This document shows, piece after piece, positions 29,131-37,593 of a stretch of 64,000 bases of DNA. Below the pieces are notes generated by a model. The model made no database searches. It was not told the origin of the DNA and saw nothing but the letters and a program-made list of their open reading frames with translations. Location of the stretch: contig CAVZJB010000005.1 in NCBI GenBank assembly GCA_963775425.1, positions 320,001 through 384,000 on the forward strand, read 5' to 3'. The stretch is from an uncultured delta proteobacterium (lineage in GTDB: Bacteria; Myxococcota; UBA727; VGSZ01). Position 1 is the stretch's first letter. The number at the start of each line of letters is the position of its first letter. The position numbers and the translations under genes were made by a program.

Positions 29131-30234
29131 ATGACATCGCACGCGGTCGAGCGACTTCACAAAGACCTCCGGAAGCTGAAGCACGCAGAGCACACGCGGG
29201 ACCAGGAGGCGCGGAAGCTCCACAAGGACGAGCGCGCCGGGAAACACGAGCACAACGTCGCTGTTCACCAGCACGACGCCTTCGAGAAGAGCAAGAAGGC
29301 CCTCGGCAAGGAGCGCGACGTCCTCGGGAAGCTGCGCACGGCCGAGCAAAGGAAGCTCTCCACCATCGACACCCAGCGCACGCCGCTCCAGCAGCAGTAC
29401 GACGCCAGCGTCGATCCGCTGACGGGCCAGGGAGATCCCGCGCTGCAGCTCCAGCTCGACGCGCTCGATCAGCGCGAGGCCGGCGTGCACGCGCAGATGG
29501 ATCCGAAGATCGGCGCCGACCAAAACAAGGTGCAGTCGTTGCGTCAGGAGGTCGATCGCCATCGAATGGCGGCGCACACCGCCCGCGATGCGGTGAAGAA
29601 GGCGCGGGCGGCGGCCAAGAAGGACACGCACGTGCTCGAGCACGACAGGGCCGCGGTGAAGCGCGATCGCCAGCACGCGAAGAAGGACCTGCTGCCCGCC
29701 GAATACAAGATGGGCCTCAAGGGCACGAACCAAGCGCGCGAAGCGCTCGGGATGCACAAGGTCAACCACGTCATTCGTCCCCACGAAAAGCTCGACAAGG
29801 CCGTCAGCATCGCCAAGCACGCCGTCGAGCTCCAGGCGCGGACCCACAGCTACGACTACACGCAGGCGTACGGCGCGCGCACCAACAACGGCCGCGGCCC
29901 GACGACGCGGGGCGGCAACGGCCGCATCACCTTCGACTGCTCGGGCTTCGTCGGCTCCGTCTACAAGGCGGCGGGGCTGCCGTCGCCGTACACGGTCGGC
30001 TACACGGGCACGAGCTTCGACGTGGCCGCGTGCAAGAACATGCAGAAGGTCTCCGAGAAGCACGCCAAGCCGGGCGACGTCGTCGTGTTCCCCGACCACA
30101 TCGCGCTCTACATCGGCCACGGCAAATGCATCAGCATGGGGCAGGAGGGCGACCCGAAGACCGTCAGCGTCGCCGCCGAGGCCGCCTACAACAACCGCGG
30201 CATCGAGGGCTTCTATCACCCGAAGGGCGCGTAG
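29131..30234 (+). CDS. NlpC/P60 (C40) peptidoglycan endopeptidase with N-terminal coiled coil
   Basis: FDCSGFV, PGDVVVF, HIALYIG; long charged, His-rich helical N-terminus; no signal peptide. Confidence 0.9.
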   Translation: MTSHAVERLHKDLRKLKHAEHTRDQEARKLHKDERAGKHEHNVAVHQHDAFEKSKKALGKERDVLGKLRTAEQRKLSTIDTQRTPLQQQYDASVDPLTGQGDPALQLQLDALDQREAGVHAQMDPKIGADQNKVQSLRQEVDRHRMAAHTARDAVKKARAAAKKDTHVLEHDRAAVKRDRQHAKKDLLPAEYKMGLKGTNQAREALGMHKVNHVIRPHEKLDKAVSIAKHAVELQARTHSYDYTQAYGARTNNGRGPTTRGGNGRITFDCSGFVGSVYKAAGLPSPYTVGYTGTSFDVAACKNMQKVSEKHAKPGDVVVFPDHIALYIGHGKCISMGQEGDPKTVSVAAEAAYNNRGIEGFYHPKGA

Positions 30235-30258
30235 CCACGGGCCGCCGCGAGCGCGCGG

Positions 30259-30400
30259 TTACGGCACCACGGTCATCACGCCGAGCTGCGCAGCCGAGAA
30301 GTCGAGCCGCTCGCCTCCGTCACGCCCGCCTCGAAGATGCGACCGAAGATGAGCTCGCTCGCCGCGCCCGCCTGCACCGTGGTCGCCCCCGGGAACTGCG
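30259..30400 (-). pseudogene. Remnant of a myxobacterial extracellular domain gene (internal deletion/frameshift)
   Basis: One frame reads QFPGATTVQAGAASELIFGRIFEAGVT and another ends LDFSAAQLGVMTVVP*. No start or intact middle is present. Confidence 0.45.
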
Positions 30401-30520
30401 CGCGCACCCGTCGAGGCGCTCGCGCTCGTGGCGTCGTCAATCGCAAACCGGTGCGCAGTCGAGCGGGCGGGTGGCGCGCGGTGCGCTCGCGGCTCGGTCG
30501 ACGAGGCTCGCCGGCGCACT

Positions 30521-31747
30521 CTACTGCCGGCCGCGCCCGCTCTCGATGAGCGCGGCGGCGCGCTCCGCTCCCTGCGACGCGGCCAGCGCCGCGCCGAGCT
30601 CTCGCGCACGCGCGCGCATGTCGTCGTCGGCGAAGACGCGGGTGAGGGCACCCGCCAGCGCAGCCGCGGAGAAGCGCACGCGCAGCGGTTGCGGGGCGAC
30701 GCCGATCGCGTGGACGCGCGCAGCCCAGTGGTGTTGGTCGAACATGTGCGGCACCACGATCTGAGGCACGGCCGCGCGCGCCGCCTGCGCCGTCGTGCCG
30801 GCGCCGCCGTGGTGGACCACGGCCGCACATCGGGGAAAGAGGCGCCGGTGGTCGAGCGCGCCCTCGACGACGAACGTCGCCGCCGAGCGCACGCCCGCGC
30901 CGATGCCGCCCCACCCGGCGCCGATGACCGCGCGACACCCCACGCGCGCGAGCGCCTCCTGAACGACGCGCGACGTGTGCGCCGGGTCGCGCGCCGGCAT
31001 GGAGCCGAAGCTGATGAACACCGGCGGCGCGCCCGCGTCGAGGAACGCCTCCAGCTCGTCGGACAGCGGCGGGCCGTCGTCGAAGTACCAGAAACCCGTG
31101 GCGTGCACCGCGTAGCGGCTCCAGTCGCGCGGCACCGGCGCCACGCGCTCGTCGAAGGCGCACAGCATGGTGCCCTTCTTCAGCGCGCTTTCGCCGACGA
31201 GGGAGGTGACGGTGTCGAGGCCGTGCCTCGCGCGCTCTTCGTTGACAATCCGCAGGAGCGCGAGGTTGGCGGCGGCCACATAGACGCGCCACCCGAGCGG
31301 CCACAGGAGGCGGGGCATGCGCGGGTGGCCGAACATGGGCGGCCACACCTCGCTGCTCGGCAGCACTTGCGGGAAGTAGGCGGCGCCGAAGTACGGCAGG
31401 CCGTTGCGCTCGGCGACGGTCTGACCGGCGGCGAGGAGCGCGGTGCCCACGAGGACGTCGGCGCCCGCGCAAGCCTCCTCGAGGAACGCGAACTGTCGCC
31501 GCACTTCGACGCGCGCGAGCTTGAGGAAGGTGACGGGGTTGGCGATGCCGGCGCCCTCGTCCCGCATCATCGCCTGCGGATCGCCGCCGCCCTCGCAGTA
31601 GCGGGCGCCGGTGGCCTCCGCGAGGGCGCGGAAGTTGGGCGACACGCAGAGCGTGACCTCGTGCCCGCGGCGCAGCAGCGCGGCGGCGAGCCCCAGCATG
31701 GGTTGGACGTCGCCACGGGTGCCGACGGGGGCGAGGACGACGCGCAC
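30521..31747 (-). CDS. GT1/GT28-type glycosyltransferase (GtfA / sterol-glucosyltransferase-like)
   Basis: GTRGDVQP, FISFGSM, HHGGAGTT, PHMFDQHHWA. Confidence 0.92.
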   Translation of the reverse strand: MRVVLAPVGTRGDVQPMLGLAAALLRRGHEVTLCVSPNFRALAEATGARYCEGGGDPQAMMRDEGAGIANPVTFLKLARVEVRRQFAFLEEACAGADVLVGTALLAAGQTVAERNGLPYFGAAYFPQVLPSSEVWPPMFGHPRMPRLLWPLGWRVYVAAANLALLRIVNEERARHGLDTVTSLVGESALKKGTMLCAFDERVAPVPRDWSRYAVHATGFWYFDDGPPLSDELEAFLDAGAPPVFISFGSMPARDPAHTSRVVQEALARVGCRAVIGAGWGGIGAGVRSAATFVVEGALDHRRLFPRCAAVVHHGGAGTTAQAARAAVPQIVVPHMFDQHHWAARVHAIGVAPQPLRVRFSAAALAGALTRVFADDDMRARARELGAALAASQGAERAAALIESGRGRQ

Positions 31748-32082
31748 GTGAAGAGCATGGCACGAAGGCGCGCCGCGGCGGGTGGTGCGCCTTGGCGCAA
31801 GGCGCCGGACATCGACTCCGCGCAGGAGGGAAGCGGCAGGCGTGCCGGCACGTGCGCCAGGCCCGTCGCCGGTGCGCTGACACCGAGACGTCGAAGCGGA
31901 AGATGGAGCGGTGTCGCTGTGGCGACTTCGCAGCGGTGTGGAGGGCTCTCGTGCGCACCGGCACTGACCCTATTCCGCTATGCGGATCACTTCTCTAGGG
32001 TAGGCCTGTCGGACGAACGCCGGCGCCACGGACGGCGGCGAACGATGGAGGGCGCTTCTTGTTCACCAGACGACGAAGGCGC

Positions 32083-33018
32083 GTGCCCATCCTCCGCGGC
32101 GTCGCGTACCACATCGATGAGATCGCGCCGATCGACCGCATCCCCGAGCTCGCGGAGGACGCGGAGCTGCTGGCCGCCTTCAAGGAGAGCGGACACAAGA
32201 CCTACGGGCACTCCAACCAGAGCCTCGCCGCACAAGCGGTGAGCTCCACCCGGAAGACGCTGGCCGCGGCCAACCTGTCCGTCGGCGACGTCGAGGCGAT
32301 CGTTCTCGGCACCTCGGAGATCCCGGAGCCCAACCGCTATCCGGAGATGCTCAGCACCGAAGTGTTGACGGCGCTCGAGCTCTCCGACGTTCCCGTAATC
32401 GGCGTGACGCTGGCCGGCTGCGCCAACTACAGCAGCGGGCTGCGCGTGGCGCGGGACATGGCCTCGGCCGAGGGCCTGCGACACGTCCTCGTCATCGAGA
32501 CCAACCAGGTGCGCGGAGGGATGAAGCGCGCCGTCGTCGACAACGGCGACGCCGTCTCGATCTTCGCCGACGGCGCGGCGACCTGCGCCGTGAGCGTCGA
32601 GGACGATGCCTCCTTCCGCGGCCGGTCTTCGGACTTCGAGCTGGTCGCCATGGCGCAGACCATCAAGCCGCTCGACTGGGCGAGCGCGGAGGAGAACGTC
32701 ATCGCGGCGAACAACTTCATGGGGTTCCGCCGCGTCATCGACGAGGCCATGGAGCGCGCCGGCGCGACGCGCGCCGACTTCGTCCAGAGCTTCTTCTCCA
32801 ACATCGCCATCGGGCTCGTGAACGCCAACGCAGAGGTGCTGGGCCTGCCGCCCGTGTACACCGCCAACAACAGCCGCACCGCGCACGTCTGGAGCTGCGA
32901 CAACCTGATCAACCTCACGGACTACTGCGCCGCCGAGCAGGTGCCGGCGGGCGCCCTGTTCCTGCTTTTGTCCAACGCCGAGTCGTACTTCTCGGCGATC
33001 GTGTGCCGCAAGCGATGA
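32083..33018 (+). CDS. KAS III (FabH)-like acyltransferase with non-canonical triad
   Basis: Thiolase fold: LAGCANY (catalytic Cys), IFADGAA, FFSN at the FabH His position, TAHVWSCD at the FabH GN position; GTG start at 32083. Confidence 0.8.
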   Translation: MPILRGVAYHIDEIAPIDRIPELAEDAELLAAFKESGHKTYGHSNQSLAAQAVSSTRKTLAAANLSVGDVEAIVLGTSEIPEPNRYPEMLSTEVLTALELSDVPVIGVTLAGCANYSSGLRVARDMASAEGLRHVLVIETNQVRGGMKRAVVDNGDAVSIFADGAATCAVSVEDDASFRGRSSDFELVAMAQTIKPLDWASAEENVIAANNFMGFRRVIDEAMERAGATRADFVQSFFSNIAIGLVNANAEVLGLPPVYTANNSRTAHVWSCDNLINLTDYCAAEQVPAGALFLLLSNAESYFSAIVCRKR

Positions 33019-36000
33019 ATGCCCACGCAGACCTGAGGCCCGGCTTCCAGCGGTTGCTGGACCACATCGCGTCGCGCGTCGTCCCCGGGGTTTCGCTGGA
33101 GGCGGCGCTGCACGACATCCTCGCGCTCGGCGGCCGCCAGGAGCTCGCGTTCGGTATGAAGTCGCTGACGCCGCTGCAGCGCGCGGTGGTCGATGAGCTC
33201 GGTGGGCGGACGTCGACGCTCGTCGACGCCGACGCCGCCACCGCCGGCGGAGCCCGCTGGTACCTCGGCCAGTGGAGCTACGGCCGCATCTGGCTCGCCC
33301 CCGAGCGGCCGGCCGATCCCGAGTGCCGCCTGCTGGCTGCGCTCTCTCTGCCCGCGGCGACGCACGACGCCGTCGTCGCGCGCGCCGTCAGCATCCAGCA
33401 GTCGTGGCAGACGTGCGACCCCGAGATGGACGCGTTCTTCGACAACCTCGACGCCGAAGGACTGCAGCGCGTGCTCCACGAAGTGCACGAGACCGTCGAT
33501 CACACCGATCCGATGCTGCTCTATGTCGGCGACGACACCCTCACCAATTTCGGCAAGCTCAACAACCTGCAGGAGCGCGGCGCCGACCTGCCGCGCTGCT
33601 TCCACCGCCGCGCGCGGGAGATGGCGCGCGACCGCTGGACGACGGCGGAGCGGATCTACGTCTTCTGCGTCTACTGGCTGCGCAGGGCCGGCTGCCGCGG
33701 CGAAGAATTCTGCGGCCGCCAGCTCAACCCCACGCTGCTGCGCGAATACTTCGCGGAGCGGTTGGCGGGCTACCGCGCGCTCGCGCCGGAGCTCTGCGAG
33801 GAAGAAGCCTCATCCATCGCCGACCAGGCGCGGCTGCTCGCGCGCTGCAAGGCCGGGAGCGCACAGCAGCTCTTGACGTATCGCTGGATCAACGGGCTCA
33901 CGTTCTACAAGGAGGAGCGCGTGTGCTCGCGCTCGAGCGCGCGCTTCGGCGTCGACACGCTGCCGCCGGCGCTGCGCGTGTACATCGCGGACGCGTGCGG
34001 CGTCGACACCGGGCAGCACGAGTCGCTCGCCTCGCTGTTCGACGCGTGCGTGGCGCAGATGGCGCGCCGCGGGTTCGCCAGCGACGACGACAAGCTGAAC
34101 GCGTTCGAAGGGCTGCTGAAGGCGATTGTCGACTGCGCCATCGACGCCACCGGCAGCGACATCGGCATGAGCCGTGGCACGCGCGACGTCGCGCGCATGC
34201 AGCGCGCGTTCGGCGAGCAGCGTTATGCGGAGATCTGCGGGTGGCAGAGCCCCGACTACTTCTGCGCGGTCTTCCCGAGCGCCGCCCTGCGAGAGCAGCT
34301 CGCGGGCAACCCCGAGCTGCTGGTGAAGATCCTGTACGCGTGCTCGGCGCGCATGCAGTTCAACCACTGGCACTACATCCCGGGCCACTGCCCGCCCGAG
34401 GGCGTGCCGGCCGACCGGCACTACTACTACCCGCCCGGCGTGGCGGACCTCGCCGAGTGGAGCGACCAACATCACACGGGCCACGTGTTGGCGCAGGTGC
34501 GCTACAGCATCCGCTCGCCGGCGCCGCTGTCGTTTGGCGGAAAGCTCTACCCGGGCATGGTCGACCTGCGCCTCTTTCGCCAGAGCAGCGCGCCGTACAC
34601 GCCCGAAGAGCTCATGACGGCGCTGACGTACACGGACTACGTGCGCGCGCTGCAACAGTCGCTGTCGGATCACCTCGCGCGCGGCGGCGACCCTCTCGTG
34701 GTCGCCGCGTTCGGCAAGGATTGGTACCGCGACTATTACGGTGGCCGGCGCGCGCCCGGCGCCGCTGTGGAAGCCGCCTCCGCTGCGACCGGAGCGCCTG
34801 CGCCTGCGCCTTTCGCGATGGCGTCGGCGCGCGCGGCGCCGAGCACCGCGCTGTTCCGCATCCTGTGCCGGCACGCCGCCGAGGACGCCGGGCATGCCGC
34901 GCTGATCGAAGCGCGCCAGCCCGAGCCGGACGTCACGATCAGCTCCCGCAGGCTCCTCGCTCACGCGCAGGCGCTGCGCGACGCCATGCTCGGCGGCGGC
35001 CTCGCGCCCGGCGCCGCCGTCGCGGTCTTGTCCGAGCGCGCCGTGCATCAGACGGTGGCGATCGTCGCCGGCATCGCCAACGGGCTGATCGTCAACCCGC
35101 TCAACCCCGCGCTCTCGCCGCAGGTGCTGCGGGGGCAGATGGAGCACGCGCAACCCGCTTGGCTGATCGTCGACAGCGGCGTCGCGCCGCCGGCGGGTCT
35201 GCCGGGCACCGTGCGGTGCATCGCCTGGGACGACGTGTTTGCGAACGTCGCCCAACACGAAGCGCTGCCTGTCCCGACCGTCGACGACGGCGCCCCTCGC
35301 GAGGACGCGGGCGGCCTCTTGATCTACACGTCCGGCACCACGGGCGCCTCGAAGGGCGTGCTCTTGAGTTGGTCGAACATCGAAGCCAACGTGCGCTACG
35401 CCGTCGACGCGCTCGGCTTCGAGCCCGGGCAGGTGACGGGCAGCCTGCTCCCGCGCTTTCACACGTTCACGCTCATCAGCGACCTCTTCCCGGCGCTGCT
35501 GCTCGGCGGCACCGGGGTGCTGGCAGACACCTTCGATCTGTCCAACGTGAAGTGGACGGTGGACGCCTTTGTTCGCCACGGCGTGCGTTCGTACAGCGCC
35601 GTGCCCGTCATCTTCGACGCGCTGTGTGCCTTGAACGCCTGGGCCTCCGCGCCGGCGCTGCGCATGGCGATCGCCGGCGCTGCGCCGCTCAAGGAGAACA
35701 CGCGGCTCACGTATAAGAAGGCGTTCGGCCACCCGATCATCCCCTGCTACGGCCTGAGCGAGACGACGTGCTTCGCCGCCATCTCACCGCCGGACGCCAT
35801 CCGACCCGGCGCCGTCGGTCGCGCCGCCGGCATCGAGATCCGCGTCGTCGACGAAGAGGGCGCTCCGCTCGGCAGCGGCGTCACCGGTGAGCTCGAGATG
35901 CGCGGCGCTTCGGTGATCAACAGCGGCTATTTCCACGACACCGACGGCCAGTTCGCGCGCGCGTTCACCGCCGACGGCTGGTTCAAGACGGGCGACGTCG

Positions 36001-36374
36001 GACGCATCGACGACGACGACTATGTGTACGTAACCGGCCGCAAGAAGAACATGGTCATTCGCGGCGGCGAGAAGGTCTATCTCGAAGACGTTGACCGTTG
36101 CCTCGCCGAATTCCTGGGCGTCCTCGACTGCGCCAGCATCGTGCTGTGCCAGCCGAACGAGCCCGACCTGGCGTTGACGTTCATCGTCACCTCCGGTTCT
36201 CCACTGCCGCTTGACGAGGTCACCGCGCACGTGCGCGCCGCGCTTTCGGCGCATCACGTCCCCGACCGCATCTACTTCGTCGAGCGCATCCCGCGCACGG
36301 CGACCGGCAAGGCCTCGCATCCGGAGCTGCTCGCGCTGTCCAAGGCGCTGCGCTCCTCCCAGGAGGGCGCGTGA
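33015..36374 (+). CDS. Fusion protein: BtrL/NeoM-like phosphoribosyltransferase domain + adenylate-forming (AMP-binding) ligase
   Basis: C-half: YTSGTTGASKG, YGLSET, FKTGDVG, GRKKNMVIRGGEK, PRTATGK (secure). N-half: LLYVGDDTLTNFGKLNNL, RGEEFCG, YRWINGLTFYKEER, SDIGMS, RMQFNHWHYIPG, RHYYYPP, SDQHHTGH, VRYSIRSP (BtrL-like, recalled from memory). ATGA overlap with the upstream gene. Confidence 0.75.
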   Translation: MNAHADLRPGFQRLLDHIASRVVPGVSLEAALHDILALGGRQELAFGMKSLTPLQRAVVDELGGRTSTLVDADAATAGGARWYLGQWSYGRIWLAPERPADPECRLLAALSLPAATHDAVVARAVSIQQSWQTCDPEMDAFFDNLDAEGLQRVLHEVHETVDHTDPMLLYVGDDTLTNFGKLNNLQERGADLPRCFHRRAREMARDRWTTAERIYVFCVYWLRRAGCRGEEFCGRQLNPTLLREYFAERLAGYRALAPELCEEEASSIADQARLLARCKAGSAQQLLTYRWINGLTFYKEERVCSRSSARFGVDTLPPALRVYIADACGVDTGQHESLASLFDACVAQMARRGFASDDDKLNAFEGLLKAIVDCAIDATGSDIGMSRGTRDVARMQRAFGEQRYAEICGWQSPDYFCAVFPSAALREQLAGNPELLVKILYACSARMQFNHWHYIPGHCPPEGVPADRHYYYPPGVADLAEWSDQHHTGHVLAQVRYSIRSPAPLSFGGKLYPGMVDLRLFRQSSAPYTPEELMTALTYTDYVRALQQSLSDHLARGGDPLVVAAFGKDWYRDYYGGRRAPGAAVEAASAATGAPAPAPFAMASARAAPSTALFRILCRHAAEDAGHAALIEARQPEPDVTISSRRLLAHAQALRDAMLGGGLAPGAAVAVLSERAVHQTVAIVAGIANGLIVNPLNPALSPQVLRGQMEHAQPAWLIVDSGVAPPAGLPGTVRCIAWDDVFANVAQHEALPVPTVDDGAPREDAGGLLIYTSGTTGASKGVLLSWSNIEANVRYAVDALGFEPGQVTGSLLPRFHTFTLISDLFPALLLGGTGVLADTFDLSNVKWTVDAFVRHGVRSYSAVPVIFDALCALNAWASAPALRMAIAGAAPLKENTRLTYKKAFGHPIIPCYGLSETTCFAAISPPDAIRPGAVGRAAGIEIRVVDEEGAPLGSGVTGELEMRGASVINSGYFHDTDGQFARAFTADGWFKTGDVGRIDDDDYVYVTGRKKNMVIRGGEKVYLEDVDRCLAEFLGVLDCASIVLCQPNEPDLALTFIVTSGSPLPLDEVTAHVRAALSAHHVPDRIYFVERIPRTATGKASHPELLALSKALRSSQEGA

Positions 36375-37312
36375 TCATCGATAGCCACGCGCACGCGGCG
36401 CTGGAGGAGGTGCTGCCCACGCGCTTCTTCGACGGGTGGGTCGACAACCTCGAGCGCTTGTTGCCGTCCGATGCGTCGCCGGCGCAGCGCGCGGCGCTCA
36501 GCGCGATGTTTCGCGCCGCAAACCAGGACCCGGGCTGCGACCGGCTGGTGGCCGAGATGGATCGCGCCGGCATCGCCAAGACGGTGCTGTTGATCGTCGA
36601 CTTCGGGTACGCGTATCCCGATCAGCTCGACGCGCTCGAGAGCATCTACGAGCTGCATCGTCAGCTCATGCAGCGCCACGCGGGCCGCTTCATCGTCTTC
36701 GCGGGCATCGATCCGCGCCGCGGTCAGGCGGGCGTCGACCTGCTGGAGCGCGGCCTGCGGGATTGGGGCTTTCGCGGGATGAAGATCTATCCCCCGTGTG
36801 GCTACTCGCCGGACGCGCGCGAGCTCGATCCCTTCTACGAGGTCTGCACGCACTACAGCGTCCCGGTGCTGTCCCACATCGGGCCGACGTCGCCCACGTT
36901 GTCGTTCAAGCACACGCGGCCCGAGCACATCGAGGACGCGGCGTTCCGCTTCCCCGGCGTGAACTTCATCCTCGGCCACGCCGGCGTCACGTGGCGCGCG
37001 GAGGCCAGAATGCTCGCGGCCTTCAGGCCGAACGTCTACCTCGACCTCTCGGGCTTCCAGCCGCACTGGAAGCGCGGGGAGCTCGACGGGATCCTGGCCG
37101 AGCACAAGCGTGACGGCGTGCTGCGCAAGCTCTTGTTCGGCACGGACTGGCCCATCCACTTCCTGCACGGCGATCAGCAGCAGTGCGTGGAGGCGTTCCG
37201 CGACTGCGCGCGGCGCGGGGTCATCACCGAGGAAGAGCTGGGCTGGCTCTTCTACCGGAACGCGCAGAGGCTGTTCGGGGACGCCGCCGGCGGCGAGGAA
37301 GCCGCGAGGTAG
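36371..37312 (+). CDS. Amidohydrolase family 2 metalloenzyme
   Basis: IDSHAH, GMKIYP, PVLSHIG, ILGHAG, NVYLDLS, LFGTDWP; GTGA overlap with the upstream gene. Confidence 0.92.
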   Translation: MIIDSHAHAALEEVLPTRFFDGWVDNLERLLPSDASPAQRAALSAMFRAANQDPGCDRLVAEMDRAGIAKTVLLIVDFGYAYPDQLDALESIYELHRQLMQRHAGRFIVFAGIDPRRGQAGVDLLERGLRDWGFRGMKIYPPCGYSPDARELDPFYEVCTHYSVPVLSHIGPTSPTLSFKHTRPEHIEDAAFRFPGVNFILGHAGVTWRAEARMLAAFRPNVYLDLSGFQPHWKRGELDGILAEHKRDGVLRKLLFGTDWPIHFLHGDQQQCVEAFRDCARRGVITEEELGWLFYRNAQRLFGDAAGGEEAAR

Positions 37313-37359
37313 GGTGCGCGCCGCGCGCTGGGCTACCATTGGCTGGAAAGGGAACTCTC

Positions 37360-37584
37360 ATGTCAACCCGGCAGGCCGTGCTCGATGTGCTCGCCAAACA
37401 TGCGCAGTGCGACGCCGCCACGCTCTCACCCGAGGACGTCCTGGCCGACGTCGGCGTCAATTCTCTCAAGTTCATCATGGTGCTCCTGGAGATCGAGCAG
37501 GTGACGGGGAAGAAGGTCATGGACATCAACAAGATCGGCAAGCTGAAGACGGTGGGCGACGTCCTTGCGCTGACCGAGTCGTAG
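37360..37584 (+). CDS. Acyl carrier protein
   Basis: 74 aa; LADVGVNSL phosphopantetheine Ser motif, LLEIEQ, TVGDV; purine-rich RBS. Confidence 0.9.
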   Translation: MSTRQAVLDVLAKHAQCDAATLSPEDVLADVGVNSLKFIMVLLEIEQVTGKKVMDINKIGKLKTVGDVLALTES

Positions 37585-37593
37585 GGAACCCCG

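Noticed and set aside
25835-31747. VanX-like peptidase plus GtfA-like GT as a glycopeptide resistance or biosynthesis locus
   Set aside because: No vanH/vanA/vanRS or NRPS genes; both families are widespread on their own.
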